A stretch of DNA of 64,000 bases from an uncultured Desulfobacteraceae bacterium (GTDB lineage: Bacteria > Desulfobacterota > DSM-4660 > Desulfatiglandales > HGW-15): the NCBI GenBank assembly GCA_964520425.1, contig CAZFMX010000001.1:48764-112763 (forward strand). The letters are read 5' to 3'. The notes beneath the pieces are model-generated. The model had not been told where the DNA came from and searched no databases. It saw nothing but the letters and a program-made list of their open reading frames with translations. Position numbers and translations under genes: made by a program. Below, piece after piece: positions 7,876-16,823 of this stretch (position 1 is its first letter; every line of letters starts with the position of its first letter).

Positions 7876-9591
7876 ATGAAAATACTCCAATTGAAAAAGC
7901 TGTATGTACCTGCCTATTCCATTGTCGCCGTAGTGCTTCTGTTGTTCGTGCTTATCAGCGTGTCCACATACCGCAATCTGAATCGGGACAAAACGAGGGC
8001 CCTGGAATTCGTCCATCGCCAGGCGCTGTCGTTGATACGCACACTGGAAATCGGTGTAAAGGTTGGAATGAATCAGTCTTATAACAAAGAGGATCCCGAA
8101 CTTATAGGAAGACTGATTCATGAAGAGGGAAAGGATGAAGAGATTGACTATATCTATTTAACGGATGACCAAGGCAACATTCTTTATCATTCCGATCCCT
8201 CACAGGAAGGAAGACGTTCCGATCTTAACTCGCCATTAGAAAGCAAGGATCAAATTCAAAGCCGATTCAGAGAGTTTACAAATGGCTCCAGCGTGTATGA
8301 ATTGACCAAGTGTTTTTTACCTTTTAATAAATCTGCTCCTCAGTCAAAATGCGACCATACTCTTGTTCTAGCTATGAAGATGAACGCCTATGAAGAGGCG
8401 CGCCAAACTGATTTCCATCATGCCTTGATTATGGCTGGTATTGTTGTGACCTTGGGTTCTGCAGTACTCTTTTTTGTGTTCGTTATCCAGAACTATTATC
8501 TGGTGAGGGGGACACTTAAAGAGACTCAAGACTATACCAGGCAAGTCGTGGCCAACATGGCCAACGGTCTGCTGAGCATTAATCCTCAGGGAAGGGTCGT
8601 CTCTTACAATCTCTTGGCCTTGGAGTTGCTCGGTATTGAAGAATCTGAGGCCCGGGGAATGGACTTGAACAAGTATCTTGATTTCCAGATGAGCGGCATT
8701 GATGAAACCCTTACTCAATGTTACTCCGTTCTGGAGCGGGAGATCCATCATCAAAAAGGATCAGGTGAAGTGGTTCCCTTGGCATTAAGCGTATCACCGA
8801 TCTTGGATGAGAACGAGAAGTGTAAAGCGGCCGTGATCGTGCTTCGGGATTTGAGGGAAATCAAAAGATTGGAGGAAAAGGTCAAGCGTACGGAAAAACT
8901 TGCTGCGATCGGAAAACTCGCAGCCGGTGTAGCCCATGAGATTCGAAATCCCTTAGGTTCGGTCCGGGGTTTTGCACAGTTTTTGAGCCATTCCCTGAAA
9001 GACCATCCACAAGAACGAGAATACTCTGAGACCATGGTCAAAGAAGTGGATAGAATCGACAGGGTCGTCACAGACCTTCTCACCTTTGCCCGGCCTTTAG
9101 AAGCACGATTGGCTCCTGTGGATGTAAACGGATTGGTGGAGCACACATTACGATTGGTGCACGCAGATGCCCAGAATCGAGGGATCGAAATACGCAGAGC
9201 CATTTCATCTGGTCTAAGAGAGATTCTTTTGGATGATACACAGATGACACAAGCCCTCCTCAACCTTTTACTCAATGCCATACAAGCCATAGAGACCGAA
9301 GGCAACATCGAAGTGGGCGCGAACCTGGATGAACATGGCACACACCTCAATATCTGGGTCGAAAGCGATGGCCCCAGTATCCCACCTGGGCAAAGGGAGA
9401 GAATCTTCGATCCTTTTTTCACGACCCGAAAAAAAGGAACGGGACTGGGATTGGCCATTGTCCACAAGATCGCGGAAAATCATGGGGGTGAAATCTTGTT
9501 AGAGAGCCCTCTTTCTGATAAAGATCGTGGATGCCGCTTTACCATCGCCATCCCGATAGACGCAGATATCACGGATTCTCAAACATCTTAA
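7876..9591 (+). CDS. sensor histidine kinase, ZraS/AtoS-like (periplasmic domain, PAS, HisKA, HATPase_c)
   Basis: Two TM segments bracket an about 150 aa periplasmic region. A PAS-like segment follows. H-box AGVAHEIRNPLGSV; N and G boxes LLLNAIQA and GTGLGLAI. ATG 7876 is preferred over the TTG at 7861. Confidence 0.9.
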   Translation: MKILQLKKLYVPAYSIVAVVLLLFVLISVSTYRNLNRDKTRALEFVHRQALSLIRTLEIGVKVGMNQSYNKEDPELIGRLIHEEGKDEEIDYIYLTDDQGNILYHSDPSQEGRRSDLNSPLESKDQIQSRFREFTNGSSVYELTKCFLPFNKSAPQSKCDHTLVLAMKMNAYEEARQTDFHHALIMAGIVVTLGSAVLFFVFVIQNYYLVRGTLKETQDYTRQVVANMANGLLSINPQGRVVSYNLLALELLGIEESEARGMDLNKYLDFQMSGIDETLTQCYSVLEREIHHQKGSGEVVPLALSVSPILDENEKCKAAVIVLRDLREIKRLEEKVKRTEKLAAIGKLAAGVAHEIRNPLGSVRGFAQFLSHSLKDHPQEREYSETMVKEVDRIDRVVTDLLTFARPLEARLAPVDVNGLVEHTLRLVHADAQNRGIEIRRAISSGLREILLDDTQMTQALLNLLLNAIQAIETEGNIEVGANLDEHGTHLNIWVESDGPSIPPGQRERIFDPFFTTRKKGTGLGLAIVHKIAENHGGEILLESPLSDKDRGCRFTIAIPIDADITDSQTS

Positions 9592-9617
9592 ACCAGGAAA
9601 TGGACGCCGGAGAGCAA

Positions 9618-10973
9618 ATGAAAAAGAAGATTCTGGTCGTAGACGATGAACTCGCACACAGGCAAATGCTTGACGCCGTCCTCTCTAAAGAGGGGTATGA
9701 GGTCCGTAAGGCTGATGACGGGGAGTCGGCCATTGCCGCAGTGGAAGAGCAGTTTTATGACCTTATTCTTATGGATATCCGTATGAGCCGTGTTGGGGGC
9801 ATAGAGGCCCTGGAGAAAATCAAAGAAATCAGCCCGGGAATCCCTATTATTATCATGACCGCCTATGCATCCGTGAGTACGGCCATTGACGCCTTAAAGA
9901 AAGGAGCCTTCGATTATCTGACAAAGCCGCTCGATATTGAAGAGCTGAAGATTCTGGTCAACAAGGCCCTGCGGCACCATCAACTGGAGCAAGAGAATCT
10001 GATTCTCAAAGAACAATTGGGCAACCGATTTGATTTCTCAAACATCATCGGCAGAAGCGCTGCCATGCGGGAACTATTTGAGACTATAGCACTGGTAGCA
10101 CCGACAGATGCTACTGTGCTGATCACCGGTGGGAGCGGGACGGGAAAGGAACTTATTGCCAATGCCATCCATCAGAACAGCCCGCGGCGGGATCGGCCCT
10201 TTATCAAGGTAAACTGCGCAACCCTGCCTGAAACCCTTCTGGAAAGCGAACTTTTCGGTCACGAAAAAGGGGCCTTCACTGGCGCGGTTGCTCGAAAAAG
10301 GGGTCGTTTTCATTTAGCCCATACCGGTTCCATCTTCTTGGACGAAATCGCCGAGATGACAACGGTGACCCAAGCAAAGATCCTTCGCGTGCTTCAGGAA
10401 CGCCAGTTTGAATCCCTGGGGAGTTCGCATACCGTGGAGGTCGACACTCGGGTGATTGCGGCTACAAATAGAAACCTTGAAGAAGATATTCGTGAAGGTC
10501 GGTTTCGAGAGGACCTCTATTACCGACTGAATGTCGTCACCCTAGAAATTCCGCCACTTCATGAACGCCGAGAGGATATCCCCTTGCTGTCGGAGTTCTT
10601 TCGAAAACAATACGCGGAAAAGAACCAGCGCCTTATCAAGGGATTTAATCCGCGTGCCATGGACCTGCTCATGCGCTACGAATGGCCCGGTAATGTCCGG
10701 GAATTAGAGAATGTGGTGGAGCGAGCCGTGATTATGGCTCGGGGCGACATGATCACTCCTACAGAATTCCCGGATGTCTTGAAAGACCTGGATCCCGAAA
10801 TTTCAGAGATTGAGGTCGATTTAACACCCGGCAGATCTCTCAAAGAGGTTGAAAAAGAGATGATCATCAGGACTCTTGAGGAGACGGGTGGCAACCGTAC
10901 TCACGCGGCTGAAATCCTTGGCATTAGCCGCCGTACACTACAGCTTAAACTCAAAGACTATCAGATCAAATGA
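9618..10973 (+). CDS. sigma-54-dependent response regulator (NtrC/ZraR family bEBP)
   Basis: Receiver (ILVVDDE, LILMDIRM), AAA+ Walker A GGSGTGKE, the ESELFGHEKGAFTGA GAFTGA motif, and a C-terminal Fis-type HTH (NRTHAAEILGISRRTLQLKLK). Confidence 0.95.
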   Translation: MKKKILVVDDELAHRQMLDAVLSKEGYEVRKADDGESAIAAVEEQFYDLILMDIRMSRVGGIEALEKIKEISPGIPIIIMTAYASVSTAIDALKKGAFDYLTKPLDIEELKILVNKALRHHQLEQENLILKEQLGNRFDFSNIIGRSAAMRELFETIALVAPTDATVLITGGSGTGKELIANAIHQNSPRRDRPFIKVNCATLPETLLESELFGHEKGAFTGAVARKRGRFHLAHTGSIFLDEIAEMTTVTQAKILRVLQERQFESLGSSHTVEVDTRVIAATNRNLEEDIREGRFREDLYYRLNVVTLEIPPLHERREDIPLLSEFFRKQYAEKNQRLIKGFNPRAMDLLMRYEWPGNVRELENVVERAVIMARGDMITPTEFPDVLKDLDPEISEIEVDLTPGRSLKEVEKEMIIRTLEETGGNRTHAAEILGISRRTLQLKLKDYQIK

Positions 10974-11032
10974 TTGCCCATTCTCTCATCGTTTACCATT
11001 CAATAATCTTCTCATAGACCATTCCCGACAAG

Positions 11033-11093
11033 TGCAAAAAATTTTCGCATCCAGTTCCAATCTGATCGGATACAAGCGCGAAATAATTTTGCG
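11033..11093. promoter_or_regulatory. pair of similar imperfect palindromes, candidate bEBP upstream activating sites
   Basis: TGCAAAAAATTTTCGCA (11033-11049) and CGCGAAATAATTTTGCG (11077-11093) share GC(A/G)AAA-N-TTT(T/C)GC half sites. Their centres are about 44 bp apart and lie 140-200 bp upstream of the sigma-54 promoter at 11234. Confidence 0.35.
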
Positions 11094-11233
11094 GCTGAGA
11101 AAAAAGCACAAGAGAATGTGATTCAATGCCTTACGCCGGTGACAAAAGGGATTTCCGATGAGTCTAGTGAATTCAAAGGGTTACGTTAGATAAGCCAATG
11201 GTATCCAGATGCAAAATATCCTTCAATTGATCC

Positions 11234-11249
11234 TGGCACACGCCTTGCT
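11234..11249 (+). promoter_or_regulatory. sigma-54 (-24/-12) promoter
   Basis: TGGCACACGCCTTGCT matches TGGCAC-N5-TTGCW exactly in spacing and in the core GG/GC. It lies about 65 nt upstream of ATG 11314 and directly downstream of a sigma-54 activator gene. Confidence 0.8.
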
Positions 11250-11313
11250 TTGAAACATTCACAGAACACATTACCCGCTGTATATCAAGATTATTATTCA
11301 AGGGAGAAATTTG

Positions 11314-12576
11314 ATGAAAACAAGACGATTGGGCATGGGACAGTCTCATGTAAAAAAGGCAATGAAGCACGAGAAGATTACACGGGATTTTCATCTGAAA
11401 ACTATGTTGGGATTAATGCTGGTCACCCTATTGGTGGTTGGATGCAGTGGTGAGGGCGGTGGCCTCGTCGGTGGCGACGGGAGTTCTTCGGAAGCCTTAC
11501 TCCAGGGGATATTTATGGACAGTGCGGTCGAGGGGCTGGAGTATGAGACTGAAACCCAATTCGGTGTGACCGATCATGACGGGACTTTCATGTACATGGA
11601 AGGAGAAACCGTCATGTTTCACGTTGGAGATATCGTATTGGGAGAGGCTCATGCTCAATCCATGATGACACCGATCGATCTGGTAAATGGCGCCATGGAT
11701 GAAACCCATCCCATGGTCATCAACATGGCCCGGTTTATTCAGACCCTGGATGAGGACATGGATCCTGAAAACGGGATTACCATTACCGAAGAGATGAGGA
11801 CCGCAATGATCGGCCACATGATAGATTTCAATATGGACCCAGACTTATTTGAGTATGATCCTGATGTTCAGATGTTCATGCATACGCTCAACGGGATGCA
11901 TTCATCGGGTTCCATGAGAATGATGGTGTCCGCCGAAAACGCGAAGTGGCACCTCCATATTACGATAATGGGGATGATGGACTTTGTGACGGCTGGAAGG
12001 TTTTTGGACAGTTCAGTTGAGGGACTTGAATATCAGACTCAAATGCATTTTGGTGTGACGGATCAAAACGGTACCTTTATATACATGGAAGGAGAGACTG
12101 TCATGTTTCACGTCGGGGATATTGTATTGGGAGAGGCCCATGCTCAATCCATAATGACGCCGATCGATCTGGTGGATGGCGCCACGGATGAAACCCATCC
12201 CATGGTCATCAACATGGCCCGGTTCCTTCAGACCCTGGATGAGGACATGGATTCCGAAAACGGGATTACTATTACCGACGAAGTGAGGGCCGTGATGGTC
12301 GGTCACATGATTGATTTTGATATGGCCCCGGACCTTTTTGAGTATGATCCTGATGTTCAGCTGTTTTTGGATACGCTCAATGGAGTCTTTTCATCGGGTC
12401 CCATGAGAATGATGGTGTCCGCTGAAGATGCTCAGGATCACTTGCGTAAGACAATGGAGGAGATGATGTCGGACGATTCTGGGATGATGGACGATGAAAA
12501 CATGATGGATGGTAACAGCGGCATGACTACGAGTGATACCGATTCAATGGCGGGTGACATGAATCTGATGGGTTAA
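11314..12576 (+). CDS. Met-rich lipoprotein with internal tandem duplication and Met/Asp-rich tail (putative periplasmic Cu(I)/Ag(I)-binding protein)
   Basis: Lipobox LLVVGCSG. About 50 Met in about 420 aa by my count. Two about 163 aa repeats. C-terminal tail MMSDDSGMMDDENMMDGNSGM...MAGDMNLMG. AGGGAG RBS precedes ATG 11314. The N-region is unusually long, so a later Met start is possible. Confidence 0.7.
   Translation: MKTRRLGMGQSHVKKAMKHEKITRDFHLKTMLGLMLVTLLVVGCSGEGGGLVGGDGSSSEALLQGIFMDSAVEGLEYETETQFGVTDHDGTFMYMEGETVMFHVGDIVLGEAHAQSMMTPIDLVNGAMDETHPMVINMARFIQTLDEDMDPENGITITEEMRTAMIGHMIDFNMDPDLFEYDPDVQMFMHTLNGMHSSGSMRMMVSAENAKWHLHITIMGMMDFVTAGRFLDSSVEGLEYQTQMHFGVTDQNGTFIYMEGETVMFHVGDIVLGEAHAQSIMTPIDLVDGATDETHPMVINMARFLQTLDEDMDSENGITITDEVRAVMVGHMIDFDMAPDLFEYDPDVQLFLDTLNGVFSSGPMRMMVSAEDAQDHLRKTMEEMMSDDSGMMDDENMMDGNSGMTTSDTDSMAGDMNLMG
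11497..12474 (+). repeat. in-gene tandem duplication, 2 x 489 bp (163 aa)
   Basis: GGAC at 11517 aligns with GGAC at 12006, giving a period of 489 bp. Long near-identical blocks are present, for example ATGGAAGGAGA.ACCGTCATGTTTCACGT and GATGAAACCCATCCCATGGTCATCAACATGGCCCGGTT. Confidence 0.9.
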
Positions 12577-12667
12577 AAGGCGGATATATTCAACTGTTTC
12601 CTACTAAAACTCGTTCTTGTATACCCACAATAATAAAACTAAACATGAGAAAAAGGAGGTTTTTAAG

Positions 12668-13141
12668 ATGAAAAAGACATTGGGAATCATATGTGGCGGA
12701 GTGCTTATTCTTCTCGTCCTTTCCGGTATCTCATTCGCCGGAACGAACGGAGATCATATGGGAGATGGGATGACGGGGGGCAGTTCCCCGCGAATGGACC
12801 AAATCAGTGGAAACGGGGAAGGCGACCATTCTCATGGCGCCCATCAGCAACACCAGATGCAAACCATGGGTCAGAACATGTCTGATCCCGATATTCACAA
12901 TGAAATCATGGACCGGAAGATGAAGGAATCGGATTTAATGAATAAAGAGATCGATTTAAAACCACAAACCGTTTGCCCAGTCATGGGGGGCAAAATAGAT
13001 AAGAATGTTTACGTTGATTACCAAGGGCAGCGAGTCTATTTCTGTTGTTCGAGCTGCAAGGCAGCATTTCTTAAAGAACCGGAAAAATACATGAAGAAAC
13101 TTGCGGAAGAGAAGGTGTTATTGGAGAAGTCCACGCAGTAG
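12668..13141 (+). CDS. secreted YHS/TRASH-domain protein with His/Met-rich linker (putative periplasmic metallochaperone)
   Basis: Signal peptide MKKTLGIICGGVLILLVLSGISFA. His/Met-rich stretch GDHSHGAHQQHQMQTMGQNM. YHS-type motif CPVMGGKIDKNVYVDYQGQRVYFCCSSCKAAFLKEPEKY. AAAGGAGG RBS precedes ATG 12668. Confidence 0.8.
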   Translation: MKKTLGIICGGVLILLVLSGISFAGTNGDHMGDGMTGGSSPRMDQISGNGEGDHSHGAHQQHQMQTMGQNMSDPDIHNEIMDRKMKESDLMNKEIDLKPQTVCPVMGGKIDKNVYVDYQGQRVYFCCSSCKAAFLKEPEKYMKKLAEEKVLLEKSTQ

Positions 13142-13346
13142 GACTGTCCCGCAGTGTGAAGAGGAATGTGCCCTTATTCATCTTTGAGAGCACTTCATAT
13201 TCCAATGAGTTGATGAATGGTGTACTTGCTATCACCTCCCATGGTGAGTGGAGGCACAAAGGGAAAGAACCGGATACCTACCATCTCAGCCTTGCGTGGT
13301 TTCTTGGCCCCTGACTCGAAAGCATTAGGCGATCAATCCTGATTTT

Positions 13347-13931
13347 CTATTCCTCTTTCAACCGATCCTCCATTTCCTGAGCGATATCGATCATTTTTAC
13401 ATCACCACTTGTGGTATAATCGCCTATTTTTATTTCGGTTATCTCACGCAAAGATTTGATAACGGCGTCTATCTTTCGGCCCTGTTCTTCTATCACCTCC
13501 AAGGCCTCCAGGATATCTCCATTTGAGGTGGCTTTTTGGGAATGCCTGGTTTTCCCGCCAATGATCATATTGGCATTAAGAAGGTGATGGGATAGGGTGA
13601 CCATAAGCTTTCTAATGGTCTCTAATGCGAGTCTCTTTTTCTCGTTTTCATACTCGGAGGCGATCAGCCTCTTTTTTCTGTCAATAATTGTGGCTGAAAG
13701 AAGTCCAATAAAGCCACCGAAAACGGTAAAGGCGATGGCCATAGGAAACATCGACGGCTCTAAAGCCAAAATCGAATATATGCTCAGATCATCCCAATAT
13801 GCATGAATTCCGTTATATTCATGCCCAGGCATAAAAGTGTACACCAGCATGGTGAAGGGATGAAGAATGAGAAAGCCGCCAGCCATTCCCAAGAGAACAA
13901 ACAATACTTTTCCTTTGTTGATTTTCGACAT
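13347..13931 (-). CDS. membrane protein with DHp (HisKA)-like helical domain but no ATPase domain
   Basis: Two or three TM segments are followed by ALETIRKLMVTLSHHLLNANMIIGG, which resembles an H-box. The protein ends about 70 aa later with no N/G boxes. Start taken at MSKINKGK (ATG complement at 13929-13931). Confidence 0.45.
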   Translation of the reverse strand: MSKINKGKVLFVLLGMAGGFLILHPFTMLVYTFMPGHEYNGIHAYWDDLSIYSILALEPSMFPMAIAFTVFGGFIGLLSATIIDRKKRLIASEYENEKKRLALETIRKLMVTLSHHLLNANMIIGGKTRHSQKATSNGDILEALEVIEEQGRKIDAVIKSLREITEIKIGDYTTSGDVKMIDIAQEMEDRLKEE

Positions 13932-14113
13932 AAGGTTTCTCTGGTGGTAAATGTTAAGGAATATCAACGTATTATATCTTAAAATGACGAAGCCTGAAAG
14001 GCTTGGCAAGGCAATTGAGCGCATTGTATGCTAAAATCGGCATGAAGTACATTTCAAATGACTGAAATTCCAAAGATAGATAAATATTTCCATGTGAGGG
14101 AGGACTATTAACC

Positions 14114-14440
14114 ATGAAAGAGAAAAGTCTCAGAATATTACATCGCCGAATGGGCATTATACTCGCCCTGTTCATTATTCTCCAGGCAGGGAGCGGCTTA
14201 TTAATCAGCTTTGGAGAAATAGAAACACCACACAGCCACGCATATAGTGACGGTGCGGCTCATTCTGAAATTCACCACCGGGGAGAGTCCATTCTTGAAA
14301 CATCAATTTCATTCATTCATCATGGTGCAGGTACAACCGGAGATATTTACCGCATCCTATTGGGAATAGGAATACTTGGAATGGTTGTTACAGGAACAAT
14401 GATCCACTTCAAAATCAGGGCCCGCGCCAAAAGAGAGTGA
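14114..14440 (+). CDS. small His-rich membrane protein (PepSY-TM-like N-terminal helix)
   Basis: LHRRMGIILALFIILQAGSGLLI resembles the PepSY-associated TM helix. A His-rich loop (ETPHSHAYSDGAAHSEIHHRGE, FIHHGAG) and a second TM helix follow. Confidence 0.5.
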   Translation: MKEKSLRILHRRMGIILALFIILQAGSGLLISFGEIETPHSHAYSDGAAHSEIHHRGESILETSISFIHHGAGTTGDIYRILLGIGILGMVVTGTMIHFKIRARAKRE

Positions 14441-14458
14441 AGGGAGAGGGAACTAAGG

Positions 14459-14860
14459 TTATGAGCATGTGTTCGCAAGGGCGCTATCTTCTACATCCAG
14501 AACGGCTCTTGCTGCCCAGCATAAACCCTGTATATCAATAGGTAGGTCAAGGACATATTCTATGCTAAACTGCTCTGCAACATTATGCAAAATGCTTGTG
14601 CCGTCATTCAGAGCAATAGTTTTGATGAATGGGTTCCCTTTTTTGGCCAACATATGTATTCCAAAACCGCTGACCTCATCAACAATGAGATCTGTGATGA
14701 GAAGTTGATAAGGGGAACGCTCATGAATCAACCGAAGTGCTTCCAAACCTTCGTTGGCAACATCTACAGTGCAGTAAAGGGGCTCAAGAAGATTCTTCAA
14801 CATTTCGGCCCTCAGATAATCTTTGAACACTATAAGTACTCTGTCCGTGATCTTTGCCAT
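14459..14860 (-). CDS. stand-alone receiver-domain protein with atypical acidic pocket
   Basis: CheY-like fold pattern. A phospho-acceptor-like Asp is present in QLLITDLIVDE. The usual N-terminal DD pair is replaced (VLIVFKDY). Confidence 0.55.
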   Translation of the reverse strand: MAKITDRVLIVFKDYLRAEMLKNLLEPLYCTVDVANEGLEALRLIHERSPYQLLITDLIVDEVSGFGIHMLAKKGNPFIKTIALNDGTSILHNVAEQFSIEYVLDLPIDIQGLCWAARAVLDVEDSALANTCS

Positions 14861-15037
14861 TCCCTGGATTTCCTCTATTACGGGTACTGTCTTTGTCAGT
14901 CTATTATGCCCTTAAAAGATGGGGCTTTTTCTTAAGGTTTGTCCCTGATCGGAAATCCTCGATCCATTCCAACATGAGACTCCGCCAGTTGATAGAGGTT
15001 ATAGTTGGTTTCAGATTCGAAGGAAGCCGCTCGCACG

Positions 15038-15553
15038 CTAACAAGCCCAGTCATAAAGGGCTATATTATAAGAATCTCTTATGTTTGGATAAACCTTCGA
15101 GACTGCGTTCAAGATCAGCTCAACGTCAATTTCTTGAGGTGTTTTTTCAAGTTCCTTTACAACCTTGTCAGCATCTGTCTTTTCCATGGCATGTTGAATC
15201 AACTCAAAGCTGAGTCGCGCCTGGAGAAGCTTTATGCCCGCTGTTTCCGTGTTGTCACATTCTCTTACATGATTGGCTTGTGCCATCTTATTAACGAAGG
15301 ACTCCACGAAAAGTTTGTCCATCGCATTCACAATTCTCTTATCCAATGCCTGGCTAGCCTCTTCCGCAATTTCCGAAAAAACGTCCTGATAAACCTCTTC
15401 CGACAGTATATCTGATTTTGGCAAAGCCTCCTGACCTATGGTTTTGTCTTCCGCAAGAAGTCCTTCTCCAAAGTTGGTATCCTGGGCCATTCCCGGGCCT
15501 GCAATACCGGCAACCAGTACCAAAATCCCTAAAATCATCGTTAACTTTTTCAT
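15038..15553 (-). CDS. secreted hypothetical protein
   Basis: Signal peptide MKKLTMILGILVLVAGIAGPGMA, then an acidic helical protein. No family recognised. Confidence 0.5.
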   Translation of the reverse strand: MKKLTMILGILVLVAGIAGPGMAQDTNFGEGLLAEDKTIGQEALPKSDILSEEVYQDVFSEIAEEASQALDKRIVNAMDKLFVESFVNKMAQANHVRECDNTETAGIKLLQARLSFELIQHAMEKTDADKVVKELEKTPQEIDVELILNAVSKVYPNIRDSYNIALYDWAC

Positions 15554-15953
15554 GACTTCACCTCGATAGTTATATTTTTTGATTTGCCCTTTTTATACAG
15601 CAAAATCTATGCCACATTGTGGTACTATAATCTAACCCTTTGAATTCATATGGAATATTGTTTCCAGCTCTTTGTGCCTCTCATTCTTAAATCAATTGGA
15701 CTACCAGCTGATGAGTAAAAACGATCCAGTTAACCTTGAGAAACACGTCCAGGAGGATCGAAATTACCCACCTCAGAGTTTACGTGGCACCTTTGAACTA
15801 TAGCGATTTCAATCTGCTCAATCCATACAGATATATTACATGGTATTTTGATTGAATATACAGGATTCACCTTATTGCAATCAACCTCCTCTCCAGCTCA
15901 ATATAATAGAAAATTCATAAGTCCTATAACCATCCATATGGGAGGGACATTTT

Positions 15954-16298
15954 ATGAAAGAAGTCAAGGCATACATCCGGCCCAACTTTCTTGACACCAC
16001 CATTGAACAATTAGAAAAGGAAGGAGCCAAAGATATTACCGTCATCAGAGTTGATGCGATCGGTGTATTGGCTGATTACGAGCACGATAGACAGCACATT
16101 ATACGGAAATACGCGGAAAAATATTCTAAGATTGCTAAATTGGAAATCGTCTGCCAGGACGATGAGGCGGAGAAATTTATGCGAATCATTCAACAACACG
16201 CTTATTTTGGAGAACACGGGGATGGAGGTGTATTTGTGTCTGATATCCTGCGTGCGATCAACATCCGTACAGGGGACCAGGATGAAGAGGCGCTGTGA
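15954..16298 (+). CDS. PII (GlnB)-like signal transduction family protein with non-canonical T-loop
   Basis: MKEVKAYIRP...ITVIRVDAIG...KLEIVCQDDEAEKFMRII...GDGGVFVSDILRAINIRTGDQDEEAL is collinear with PII (MKKIEAIIRP...GDGKIFV...IRIRTGE). The T-loop region differs from the canonical sequence. Confidence 0.7.
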   Translation: MKEVKAYIRPNFLDTTIEQLEKEGAKDITVIRVDAIGVLADYEHDRQHIIRKYAEKYSKIAKLEIVCQDDEAEKFMRIIQQHAYFGEHGDGGVFVSDILRAINIRTGDQDEEAL

Positions 16299-16365
16299 AA
16301 ATAAACTGTCATTATTTTTGATGGCAGAATTTTAATCAACAACCAAAAAGATAAGGAGAAGAAAC

Positions 16366-16758
16366 ATGAAAAAGATTGCATTAATCGGTATGACAATTTT
16401 GCTACTTTCAGGGGGGATTGTTTTGGCACAAATGAGCCACAGCGGCGGAATGATGGGCAGTGAGGGAAAAGGCATGATGATGGGCGGCAATATGATGAAT
16501 ATGCCGATGATGTCAGGGATGCCCATGTCCGGAATGATGGGCATCAGAGTGATCGCGACCTCGGATGGAGGAGTCGTCGTAATGGTTGCTAACAAGTTAT
16601 ATAAATACGACAAGAAATTGGACCTGGTTAAAGAAGCAGAAGTCCCGATTGATCTGGAACATATGAAAAATATGATGATGAACATGCAGAAGATGGGAAT
16701 GATGGGTGGAATGATGGGCGGAATGAAAGGACCGGAGTCGACAGAATCCCAAAAGTAA
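16366..16758 (+). CDS. secreted, extremely Met/Gly-rich protein (putative Cu(I)/Ag(I) binder)
   Basis: Signal peptide MKKIALIGMTILLLSGGIVLA. 29 Met in 130 aa by my count, clustered as GGMMGSEGKGMMMGGNMMNMPMMSGMPMSGMMG and MKNMMMNMQKMGMMGGMMGGM around a short beta-like core. AAGGAG RBS. Confidence 0.75.
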   Translation: MKKIALIGMTILLLSGGIVLAQMSHSGGMMGSEGKGMMMGGNMMNMPMMSGMPMSGMMGIRVIATSDGGVVVMVANKLYKYDKKLDLVKEAEVPIDLEHMKNMMMNMQKMGMMGGMMGGMKGPESTESQK

Positions 16759-16823
16759 TGAAGTTCAAAGATATTGTATTCTCTTAGATCCATTATTTAC
16801 GGGTCATCCGATCATATGTCTTT

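Noticed and set aside
8751-9467. 238 aa minus-strand ORF inside the kinase gene. Similar long antisense ORFs lie at 21492..21917, 23993..24586, 27913..28473, 30867..31385, 43478..43981 and 54155..54700.
   Set aside because: All lie fully antisense to, or overlapping, well-supported conserved CDSs. They have low-complexity Ser/Arg/Pro-rich translations and no RBS, so they are shadow ORFs.
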